Below are positions 1 through 7,299 of a DNA stretch of 64,000 bases, one piece after another. A program made the position numbers and the translations under genes. Position 1 is the stretch's first letter; the number at the start of each line of letters is the position of its first letter. The DNA comes from Candidatus Woesearchaeota archaeon (lineage in GTDB: Archaea > Nanobdellota > Nanobdellia > Pacearchaeales > GW2011-AR1): positions 18,789-82,788 of the forward strand of contig CAZUTV010000002.1 in the NCBI GenBank assembly GCA_964623495.1, given 5' to 3'. The notes beneath the pieces were generated by a model, which had not been told where the DNA came from, ran no database searches, and saw nothing but the letters and a program-made list of their open reading frames with translations.

Positions 1-628
1 TTTTAAGCCCATTAACCGAAAACCCATACTTCTTGGCCAGCTGAGTTAAAGAAATCTTTTGATTTAAGAAATCTTGAAATATCTCTTGCACAAGATAAGA
101 ATTTTCTGAGGGAATCAGTTTTTTCCCTTCAAATTTATATCCAAAGGGGGCTCTTGTTATCGGGCTTCCATCTCTGGCTTTTTTATCCATTGAAAATTTT
201 GTTCTTTCGCTGGTAACGTTTCTCTCAAACTCTGCAAAGGCGCTGATTATATGAAACATCAGTTTTCCAGAAGCAGAGGTTGTCTCTATCTTATCTTGAA
301 GAGAAACAAAATCAATCCCCCACTCTTTTATTCTTTCAATGGTTTCTAGCAAGTCTTTCAAGCTTCTAGAGAATCTGTCTAATTTATAGATAAAAATGGC
401 CTGAAATTTTCTTGATTCTGCGTCGGCTAACAAACTGACCATCGCCGGTCTGTGCTTAATATCTTTTGCTGATTTTCCTTCATCTTTGTATAATTTATAG
501 AGTTCATAACCAAGTGCCTTAACATAATTTTCTAGTGCCTCCTGTTGTGCGGCAAGAGAAATTCCTTGTTTTGCTTGTTCTTCTGTGCTAACTCGGGTGT
601 AAATCGCTGCGAGGGGTTTGTTTGTCAT
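1..628 (-). CDS. Serine recombinase (resolvase/invertase catalytic domain plus recombinase domain), 3'-truncated by the window edge
   Basis: Not in the ORF track. Manual translation gives MTNKPLAAIYTRVSTEEQAKQGISLAAQ...IFIYKLDRFSRS...FAEFER...RAPFGY, with the YxRVST catalytic Ser motif and the DRFSR motif. Its ATG overlaps the TGA of 625..1128. Confidence 0.9.
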   Translation of the reverse strand, partial: MTNKPLAAIYTRVSTEEQAKQGISLAAQQEALENYVKALGYELYKLYKDEGKSAKDIKHRPAMVSLLADAESRKFQAIFIYKLDRFSRSLKDLLETIERIKEWGIDFVSLQDKIETTSASGKLMFHIISAFAEFERNVTSERTKFSMDKKARDGSPITRAPFGYKFEGKKLIPSENSYLVQEIFQDFLNQKISLTQLAKKYGFSVNGLK

Positions 629-1128
629 TTTAACTTCCTGCCTAAAAAACTCTCTAGATGTTTAATTTTGCTTCCTATTTTCATTTTATCGTCTTGTGTT
701 CTTAGGATTGCAATCTTGTAAATCTGTTCCAATTGATTTAAAGAAAGAATGTTTACTTTTATTCCGTAAAAATCTATTTTCTTAACTTCCTTGAAGAAAG
801 GATGACTATTGTTTTCGTATTGTTTTTCCGTCTTGTCAATTTCCACTTTTAATATGCCTTTTTTTACAATAAAACCATAAGGATAATGCTTAAACTTTAT
901 TTTACTCTTTTCTAATTGTTCGGCAATTTTTGAAAAGTACCTTGGCTGAACTAAAAGATCTATGTCATTAACTTTTAAATTTTGATCTTTAGTGTGATAA
1001 AAAGGTGAAAAACTACCATAAATTACTGGATTTGACTTGCATTTTTTGCAAACCTCAATAACTTGCTTTGCAAAGAGTATCAATTCCTTAAAATGCCCTT
1101 TGTTTTTCGGATAAAGATAGAGAGTCAT
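625..1128 (-). CDS. Putative nucleotidyltransferase-fold protein
   Basis: YGSF...DIDLLV matches the GS...DxD signature of the Pol-beta-like NTase superfamily. Confidence 0.6.
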   Translation of the reverse strand: MTLYLYPKNKGHFKELILFAKQVIEVCKKCKSNPVIYGSFSPFYHTKDQNLKVNDIDLLVQPRYFSKIAEQLEKSKIKFKHYPYGFIVKKGILKVEIDKTEKQYENNSHPFFKEVKKIDFYGIKVNILSLNQLEQIYKIAILRTQDDKMKIGSKIKHLESFLGRKLK

Positions 1129-1562
1129 TTTAACACTTTTTCATAATAATAAAGACTTTCCCCCCTTCCAAAGTTTAACTTTTGTTTTAATTTTTGCATT
1201 TTTTTGTTAGAGGTTTGAACAAAACCGGTAAAATATTTTATTTTGTTTTTCCTCGCAATTTTTTCAGCCTCTTTAATTAAACTTGAAGCTATTCCCTTAT
1301 TTCTGTGGGCAGGATTAACATAGACATCATTAATAATTACCTGGGATACAGAAATCAAAATATGGGCGATGATAAAGCCAACCATCTCTTTTTCTTCTTC
1401 TGCGATTAAAACAAAATTTTCTTTGGTTTTAGTTAAAACGCTCTTTACCCACACTTTATCGTAATCCCCAATCTCAAAATTCCCCCCCTGCAGCTCTTTT
1501 GTACTAATCAGAATTCTGAACAATTCTTTTAAATCCGATATTTTTCCTTTGCGAATTTTCAT
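1125..1562 (-). CDS. GNAT family N-acetyltransferase
   Basis: VYVNPAHRNKGIASSLI is the acetyl-CoA-binding motif A. Confidence 0.85.
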   Translation of the reverse strand: MKIRKGKISDLKELFRILISTKELQGGNFEIGDYDKVWVKSVLTKTKENFVLIAEEEKEMVGFIIAHILISVSQVIINDVYVNPAHRNKGIASSLIKEAEKIARKNKIKYFTGFVQTSNKKMQKLKQKLNFGRGESLYYYEKVLK

Positions 1563-2221
1563 ATCTCCACCCCCAACTTCAACAGCTGTTCAAACAGCTG
1601 TTTGTTGTCTTTGAACAGAATTGTTCTCATACCTAGCTTCTTAGCGGGAGTTAGGTTCCAGGGTTGGTTGTCTATAAAAATACAATTTTGGGCAGGGGTT
1701 TTCAGCTTTTTTAGGGCTAGCCCGTAAATCTCCGGATTTGGCTTTCTTAATCCAACATCACAGGAAATAAACACCTTATCAAATTTCTCCATATACTTTC
1801 TTTTTACCATTGCTTCTTTGCTTAGCCACCATTGGTCTGAAAGAACAGCTATTTTGTAGCCTTGTTTTTTAATCTTAAAGGCCAACCTATAGAGTTTTTT
1901 GTTTTGTTTAAAGTTCTTTCTATAAGATTTAATAACCAGCCATCTAAGATACCCTGGATGTACTTGGAGTTTTCTAGCCAGGGTTAAGACGGTTGTTTGC
2001 TCTGAAACCTTTCCCAGATAAGCATCAACATAGGTTGTTTCAATAGTGTCAAACCACTGATCTAAAGAAATCCTCAGTTTTTTGGCGATTCTTTCATGAA
2101 CCCCTAGGCTAGAAGGATGTTTTCCTAATTTTATGGTGGTTGGGTTTTTTGGCAAGACCAAAACCCCTCCTATGTCGAAGATTACTGTCTTTACCGGGTT
2201 TCTTGTTTCTTTTTTTAACAT
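1559..2221 (-). CDS. HAD-superfamily hydrolase (HAD-IA)
   Basis: Motifs FDIGGVL, RKPNPEIY and FIDN. Confidence 0.85.
   Translation of the reverse strand: MLKKETRNPVKTVIFDIGGVLVLPKNPTTIKLGKHPSSLGVHERIAKKLRISLDQWFDTIETTYVDAYLGKVSEQTTVLTLARKLQVHPGYLRWLVIKSYRKNFKQNKKLYRLAFKIKKQGYKIAVLSDQWWLSKEAMVKRKYMEKFDKVFISCDVGLRKPNPEIYGLALKKLKTPAQNCIFIDNQPWNLTPAKKLGMRTILFKDNKQLFEQLLKLGVEI
1580..1603. repeat. Two tandem 12-bp palindromic units (CAACAGCTGTTC, AAACAGCTGTTT) inside the HAD gene, related to the AAACRGGTGTTY motif
   Basis: Read directly. They differ from the 3790-4345 motif mainly at the central base. Confidence 0.5.
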
Positions 2222-2454
2222 TATTGCCTCTTTTACGTATTAAAAACGTGCACTAAGGTTTATAAAGGTATGGTTCACGGGGTTTAAGGACACCCTTAGT
2301 GAAGGGTTTTAAGCTTAATTTTGTGATTTTTGGGCAAAGGAAAGCCCTAAGGAGGGTGTTGAGAAAAATCAGTTAAATCTAAAACCTCAAAGCCTTGATC
2401 TTTTAACCTTTCTACAAGGGTGGTGGCTTTTCCTAGGGCAATGTCATGCAATCT

Positions 2455-2700
2455 CTATTTTGAAATAGACTCATCTGACAAAATATCTAAAACCCCTTCT
2501 GTTAGAGAAAAAACAACATATTGGCCATTTAAATGTTGAAGATGATATAAGGGGTCTGTTCTTGAAGGAGCGTGATTTAATATTGTTTGATGGGGAAGCT
2601 GAGGATAAGTGGATTCAAACAATTGAATAGCATAACTAACAAGAGCCTTACCAGACAAACATCCGGGAATTTCTCGAATAATAACCCTCTTAAAAGACAT
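2455..2700 (-). CDS. Hypothetical protein
   Basis: 81-aa ORF with a TTTAAAAA-like promoter element about 25 bp upstream; no recognisable motif. Confidence 0.4.
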   Translation of the reverse strand: MSFKRVIIREIPGCLSGKALVSYAIQLFESTYPQLPHQTILNHAPSRTDPLYHLQHLNGQYVVFSLTEGVLDILSDESISK

Positions 2701-2796
2701 TAAAGATAGATTGTGAATTATTTTTTAAAAATTTCTGTGATTCTCTGTAATTTTGTCCCAAATTTTTAGCAAATTTTTTGAGGCCGGGCGAAGATT

Positions 2797-2820
2797 GTGC
2801 ACTTAGGTTACCTAAGTGAA
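2797..2820. repeat. Palindromic site GTGCACTTAGGTTACCTAAGTGAA (copy 1)
   Basis: Perfect 9-bp inverted repeat CACTTAGGT-T-ACCTAAGTG. A near-identical copy lies at 3130-3153 and a half copy at 2248-2260. Confidence 0.8.
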
Positions 2821-2881
2821 AATTGGCAGGTATTTTTAAGGTTTTGGATAGGCTTTTAAGGCGGTTTTTGGTAAAATAAGT

Positions 2882-3127
2882 ATGATAATTGAAGCATTAA
2901 TCCTTGCATGTATAGCCTGGTTTTTTGTAGCTTCTAGCTTATTTTTTAAGGTTTATTGGAAAGAGTGTGTTAAAACAAAAGTGAAGAAGATGAGTATGGG
3001 ATTTGGATCACTGCCTTATTTTTTAATGGTAAAGCAGGATAGGGGACTGAGTGTATGGGTTATGCAAGCATGGACAGCATTTGTTTTTCTATTATTCTTG
3101 ATTATTGTGAGAACAATAAGTGTATAA
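2882..3127 (+). CDS. Small membrane protein (2 predicted TM helices)
   Basis: Two hydrophobic segments; bracketed by the palindromic sites. Confidence 0.55.
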   Translation: MIIEALILACIAWFFVASSLFFKVYWKECVKTKVKKMSMGFGSLPYFLMVKQDRGLSVWVMQAWTAFVFLLFLIIVRTISV

Positions 3128-3129
3128 TC

Positions 3130-3153
3130 GTGCACTTAGGTTAACTTAGTGAA
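3130..3153. repeat. Palindromic site GTGCACTTAGGTTAACTTAGTGAA (copy 2)
   Basis: 22 of 24 positions identical to 2797-2820. Confidence 0.8.
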
Positions 3154-3213
3154 CAAAAGATAATGGCTCGTAGAGGATAGAAATTCTTATTAATGCCCCC
3201 CCATAGGAAGATT

Positions 3214-3664
3214 ATGTCGGAAATAGATCTTGCTAAAAGAGCAACAATACAATTTAAAACGCCTTTAACTGCCAAAGAATTAGAGAGAGATTTTGGGGGG
3301 AATTGGTTGTGAACAAGATTGTGAAGTGGAGTATACCTGGATACAGAGAATTAGGATAGATCCAACAACAAGCACAACCCCTTTTAGGAGAACCAGTCTC
3401 CAAACAAGCCAAGGAGAATTTAGTTCGAGAGGTTCACGACTATTTGTCAGTCTGCCTTTCGATCTCCAAGTAGGATATATTCAAGACTCACAAGACCCGG
3501 ACGATAGCAGGTATACAAGCCTTAGGTTTTTCATGGCTCCAGGAACTAGCGAAAGAGAAGTGCCTGCACCACAACTAGAGTTCATTGATGCTGCGAGAGA
3601 CTATTTCTGCAGATCACACTATTGGAAAAAAGAAGACACTATTCCAGAAGATTCTGACCCATAA
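3214..3664 (+). pseudogene. Hypothetical protein, apparently frameshifted at a G6 tract (3295-3300)
   Basis: The ATG 3214 frame (MSEIDLAKRATIQFKTPLTAKELERDFG) stops at 3312. Removing one G joins it to ORF 3293..3664. Confidence 0.45.
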
Positions 3665-3789
3665 GCCATAACCCATGATCTAAGCGGGCTAAATCTCGGT
3701 TTAAACTCCAAAAGATGTGTCGTAAAGGATGTTTGAACCCATGTTTTTCAATTTTATCGGCGGGAAAAATCCTTGATTGATGTAATCTT

Positions 3790-4352
3790 AAACAGGTGTT
3801 TGAAGATGGTTTTTTAGCCTTACTGGGTGTTTAGGGGTGTTTTTTGGTGTTTTAAACAGGTGTTTATCTGTTAAATTACCTCTTTAAACGGGTTTTTTGG
3901 GGTATTTTTTGAGTAAAAAGAAGATTTTCTATGTCTCTTAATTAATGTAATAAAAAGGAGGAAAACCCACCTTTGTCCTCGTAAAAACAAAAGGTTTTTA
4001 AATAAGGAATATTTAGAAGAATTATGTTTGGGTGGTTATTTGGAAAAAAAGAGGCAAAACGTGTCGAGGAAGACACTAAAAGAGGTTTTGAGGGAGTCAA
4101 AAAAGACATAACTGCCTTGACGGGGTGGATCAAACACCTTAATTCTGAGCTAACAATGCAAAAAAAAGAACTTGAAGACATAAAGGTTTTTTTGTCGTCG
4201 GTTCAAGAAGACGTTGAGGGTGTCAAAAACGTGATCTCAATAATAACAGAGGTTAAACCAAATAAGGTGTTTAAAACAACCAAACGGGTGTTTAAGAAAC
4301 AAACGGGTGTTTATCCTGTTCAAACAGGTGTTCAAACGGGTGTTCAAACACC
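3790..4352. repeat. Array of 12-bp AAACRGGTGTTY sites, intergenic and intragenic
   Basis: Copies at 3790, 3854, 3886 (degenerate), 4261 (degenerate), 4282, 4301, 4322 and 4334, plus a reverse half-site AAACACC at 4346. Confidence 0.85.
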
Positions 4353-4647
4353 AAATTTAAGCCAATTTTCAGTTACTGAAAGAGCTATTTTGTTAATACT
4401 ATTAAATACTGACATGAAATTAAGTTACGAAGATTTGGGGGCTATGCTCGGAAAAGAAAAATCAACTATTAGGGGGCAGATAAATAGCATAAGGCAAAAG
4501 GGAGAAAACTTGATTGAAGAGGTCATGGAAAAGAACGGGAAAAAGAGGGTGTTTGTGCCTGAAGAAATGAAAGAAAAAATACTAAAAAAATCGAAAGTGA
4601 GAGTTGAAAAGAGTAAAAAAGGGGAAAAATCTGGGGAAAACCTATAA
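4024..4647 (+). CDS. Coiled-coil plus C-terminal winged-helix DNA-binding protein
   Basis: Heptad-like N-terminus, a QTGV-repeat linker, then LSYEDLGAMLGKEKSTIRGQINSIRQKG (HTH) followed by a beta-wing. Confidence 0.7.
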   Translation: MFGWLFGKKEAKRVEEDTKRGFEGVKKDITALTGWIKHLNSELTMQKKELEDIKVFLSSVQEDVEGVKNVISIITEVKPNKVFKTTKRVFKKQTGVYPVQTGVQTGVQTPNLSQFSVTERAILLILLNTDMKLSYEDLGAMLGKEKSTIRGQINSIRQKGENLIEEVMEKNGKKRVFVPEEMKEKILKKSKVRVEKSKKGEKSGENL

Positions 4648-4908
4648 AAAATGAAATTTCGAGGTTTAAAAGAGGTAAAAAAGACAAAAGTGAGAGTTAA
4701 ATTCGGGTTTTTTTTGTAAAATTTGTTTGAAAAGGGGGCATAAAAACAAAAAGTGAGAAAAAATAAGGAATTCGGGGGAGGAATAAGAAAGAGAAAGAAA
4801 TAAATTTTAAGATTTTAGGGCTTAAAAGGCCAAAAATGAGGGAAATAGAGAAAAAATAAAAGAAGAACAAAGAGACAAAAGTAAAAATTCGGTTAAACGA
4901 AAAAACAC

Positions 4909-5625
4909 TTATAAATCTCTTAGTTGGATTAAAACCGATAGAGGCGCTATTTTTTTAAGGTTTTTTGAGATAGAAAGGTGAATTTGTTTGTTATTTACCT
5001 TTATTTTGGATATAGGGATGCCTTTATTTATAAGTTTCCCGACGTAATCCCTGATCGAGCTTTCTGTGAGGTTTAATCTTTGGGCCAATACCCGGTAATC
5101 TATTTCCTTGCCTTCCTCGTCAAGCTGATAGATCAGAGAAAACACCGCCCATTCCTGATCTGTGAGATTCTTGAATTTTAAGCGGATTTCTTTTTTTAGA
5201 GAATCTAAAGAATCTAGAATCTCTGCGGCGTCCTCAATGGGATTTTCTAACGATTTTTGGGGATTTTGGGTCTGTTGGTTTGTCTGTTGGTTTGTCTGTC
5301 TGTCTGTTGGAACCCCTTCATTTCCTATGGAGATCCCTTGTTTTTCGTCTTTTTGGGGCTTAAAAAGGAGATTATCTGCTGGAATAAAGGGCATGTTTGT
5401 GGATACTTTTTGAGGGTGTGTCGAAGAGCTATCTTGGACCGGGGGCAAAGCCAAGGGGGCGATTTCTTGAAATTTTTTAGAAACTTTCAAAAGACCTAGG
5501 GATTCTGTGACTTCTTTTAGCTTGCTGTTAATCTCTATCATACATTGGGTAATAGAGGTTAGGGCTTCTTTTAAAGAATCTATGTCTTGCTTCACTTTTT
5601 GGAATGCTTCTTTTATAGCGTCCAT
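4909..5625 (-). CDS. Coiled-coil plus C-terminal winged-helix DNA-binding protein
   Basis: N-terminal coiled coil, a low-complexity linker (SIGNEGVPTDRQTNQQTNQQ), then DYRVLAQRLNLTESSIRDYVGKLINKG (wHTH). Confidence 0.75.
   Translation of the reverse strand: MDAIKEAFQKVKQDIDSLKEALTSITQCMIEINSKLKEVTESLGLLKVSKKFQEIAPLALPPVQDSSSTHPQKVSTNMPFIPADNLLFKPQKDEKQGISIGNEGVPTDRQTNQQTNQQTQNPQKSLENPIEDAAEILDSLDSLKKEIRLKFKNLTDQEWAVFSLIYQLDEEGKEIDYRVLAQRLNLTESSIRDYVGKLINKGIPISKIKVNNKQIHLSISKNLKKIAPLSVLIQLRDL
5271..5310. repeat. Ten tandem 4-nt units (TCTG/TTGG/TTTG)
   Basis: TCTG TTGG TTTG TCTG TTGG TTTG TCTG TCTG TCTG TTGG, directly abutting the ORB-like element. Confidence 0.9.
5311..5333 (-). promoter_or_regulatory. 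ORB-like (Orc1/Cdc6 binding) element inside the coding sequence
   Basis: The minus strand reads TCTCCATAGGAAATGAAGGGGTT, which fits the archaeal ORB pattern TCCAnnGGAAAnnAAGGGGT (dyad plus G-string). Confidence 0.65.
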
Positions 5626-5664
5626 AAAAAAAATATTTGAAGGAGGTATAAAAATTTTAAGGTG

Positions 5665-5943
5665 TTAAAGAAGATGGTTTTGTCTTTGCTTATAAAGGGT
5701 ATAGGTGTGGTCTGTTAGGGCCCACCTGGATCTTTTGGAATAAACAACCCCTTTTGGGCTTTTCTTAACCTCTAAAACAAAATTTTTCTTTTTTAAAGAG
5801 AGAAGGAGGGATTTCACAAATTCTTCATCCCTAGCAATCTCTTGGGCTATTGTAAAGGTAAATGCTGACTTAGGGGAAATAGAATAAAGGTAAGCAAGAA
5901 TTTGCTCTAAAATCTTGTCTCTTTTTTTGTCGGAAATCTTCAT
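5665..5943 (-). CDS. Small basic protein, probable winged-helix fold
   Basis: FTFTIAQEIARDEEFVKSLLLSLKKK helix pattern followed by a beta-hairpin and RSRWAL. Confidence 0.55.
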   Translation of the reverse strand: MKISDKKRDKILEQILAYLYSISPKSAFTFTIAQEIARDEEFVKSLLLSLKKKNFVLEVKKSPKGVVYSKRSRWALTDHTYTLYKQRQNHLL

Positions 5944-5984
5944 GAATCATTAAGCACTTGGGGATTTAAAACCCTTTAGAAAGA

Positions 5985-6395
5985 TTATTTGTCTTGCTTT
6001 TTAAATGTGGGCATTGGAATATGTAAAGGCAATCCCATATCCTCTTCTAATTGCAGGGCCTTCAGGCTTGATTTTTTTATAATTATGTTAAAGAGGGTAA
6101 TATTAAACTCTTCTGGAATCTTTTTATCTTTCCAGTTTTTTAAGACTTCTTTAGAAAGTTTAGGGTCCACTGCAAGAAGCAGGCTGCCGCTTATCTCCAG
6201 CTTTGCAAAACCCGGATCATAGGAGATAACAAAAGAGTATTTAATCCCTAAAAGTTCCTCTCTTAACTTAAAGACATCTGAATCAACGCTTTCAATTTCA
6301 AGAACATTGATCTGTGTGTTGATCTTAAGGTTTTCTGGCTTATTTGAAAGCTTTTCAACACTTATCCTATCAAAATTAAAACCAATTATTTTCAT
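5985..6395 (-). CDS. Conserved archaeal hypothetical protein
   Basis: 136-aa ORF in an apparent operon; beta-rich N-terminus and C-terminal LPLHIPMP; function not recognised. Confidence 0.6.
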   Translation of the reverse strand: MKIIGFNFDRISVEKLSNKPENLKINTQINVLEIESVDSDVFKLREELLGIKYSFVISYDPGFAKLEISGSLLLAVDPKLSKEVLKNWKDKKIPEEFNITLFNIIIKKSSLKALQLEEDMGLPLHIPMPTFKKQDK

Positions 6396-6505
6396 TTTAT
6401 TAAAATCGAAGGAGTATTTTTAAAGATTTGTGTTTTTTGTGAAAAGAAAAAGAGCAGATGCTTGTCTTAAATAAAAAATACTCTCATTAAGGAATATGTA
6501 GAAAA

Positions 6506-6766
6506 TTATATCAAATCCTCTTCAGAAACAATGATAAAGTCACCAATAGCGATTATGGCACTATAAGGCACAAGTAAGTCCCCGGAAGAAGTCTTTTCAA
6601 GGTTAAGGTTTCTGGTATATAAGGTTGAGTCGCGAATAACAAGGTTAATAAGCTCGCCAGAACGAGTTTCAAAGGTTATGTCCCTAACAAATCCAAGCCT
6701 TTTTCCCTCTTTTGTGACTATCATTTTACCGACAAGGGCATTGAATGGGTTTTTGTTTTCTTGCAT
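6506..6766 (-). CDS. PRC-barrel domain protein (CdpB-like)
   Basis: LVGKMIVTKEGKRLGFVRDITFE...LVPYSAIIAIGDFIIV is the PRC-barrel signature. Confidence 0.85.
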   Translation of the reverse strand: MQENKNPFNALVGKMIVTKEGKRLGFVRDITFETRSGELINLVIRDSTLYTRNLNLEKTSSGDLLVPYSAIIAIGDFIIVSEEDLI

Positions 6767-6885
6767 GGTAATTTTAGAGGTAATTCATTTATAAACTTTT
6801 CTGTAAATGTATATAGATTTAAGGAGATATAGGTCATAACACTAAGAGGTTAATAAGAAAATTTGAAAAGAGGGAAAACACACCC

Positions 6886-7245
6886 ACCCCTTCTTTTCTT
6901 ATAGAAACCTTTATAAAGAAAAATTTAACTTTTTTATGTTTTTATTTTATTTTTATGATTTTCTATAGTATAGTATATATATTATTTATTTTTATTAAAA
7001 AATATAAAAGATATTGATTTATTTGAGCACATTAACTTATTTTAAAAATGATTTAATTAATTTAGAAGGTATTAAATAATTGGGAAAGGCAAAAAGAACT
7101 CCAGCTAAACCAAAATAAGCTTTTCCACTAGAAATTTAGGTGTTTTTCTTTTTGAGTGGTTATGATACTTTAAATAAACCCCCCTTTATTTTTCGTTAAT
7201 AATTTTCCAAAGGAAAAGTTTTCCATCGGAAATAATAGTGTGGGT
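6886..7245. promoter_or_regulatory. Replication origin (oriC): ORB elements flanking an AT-rich DUE
   Basis: Minus-strand ORB GTTTCTATAAGAAAAGAAGGGGT at 6886-6908. Very AT-rich stretch at about 6910-7080. Plus-strand ORB-like TTTTCCACTAGAAATTTAGGTG (7121), TTTTCCAAAGGAAAAG (7203) and TTTTCCATCGGAAATAATAGTGTGGGT (7219). Lies directly upstream of cdc6. Confidence 0.8.
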
Positions 7246-7299
7246 AATGGGCTTTTTATAAGGCTTTCACACCAAAATTTTTAAAGGGGTTGAAATAAG

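Noticed and set aside
2797..3153. Xer/dif site or integron attC interpretation of the palindromes
   Set aside because: They lack the 11-6-11 dif layout and the attC RYYYAAC/GTTRRRY ends, and no tyrosine recombinase is in the window. They are kept only as unexplained sites.
3790..4352. Possible CRISPR array from the repeated 12-mers
   Set aside because: The repeats are too short and irregularly spaced, lack unique 30-40 bp spacers, and no cas genes are present.
5162..5499. Plus-strand ORFs with WFVC/LLVC repeats
   Set aside because: They are antisense shadows of the tetranucleotide array within 4909..5625.
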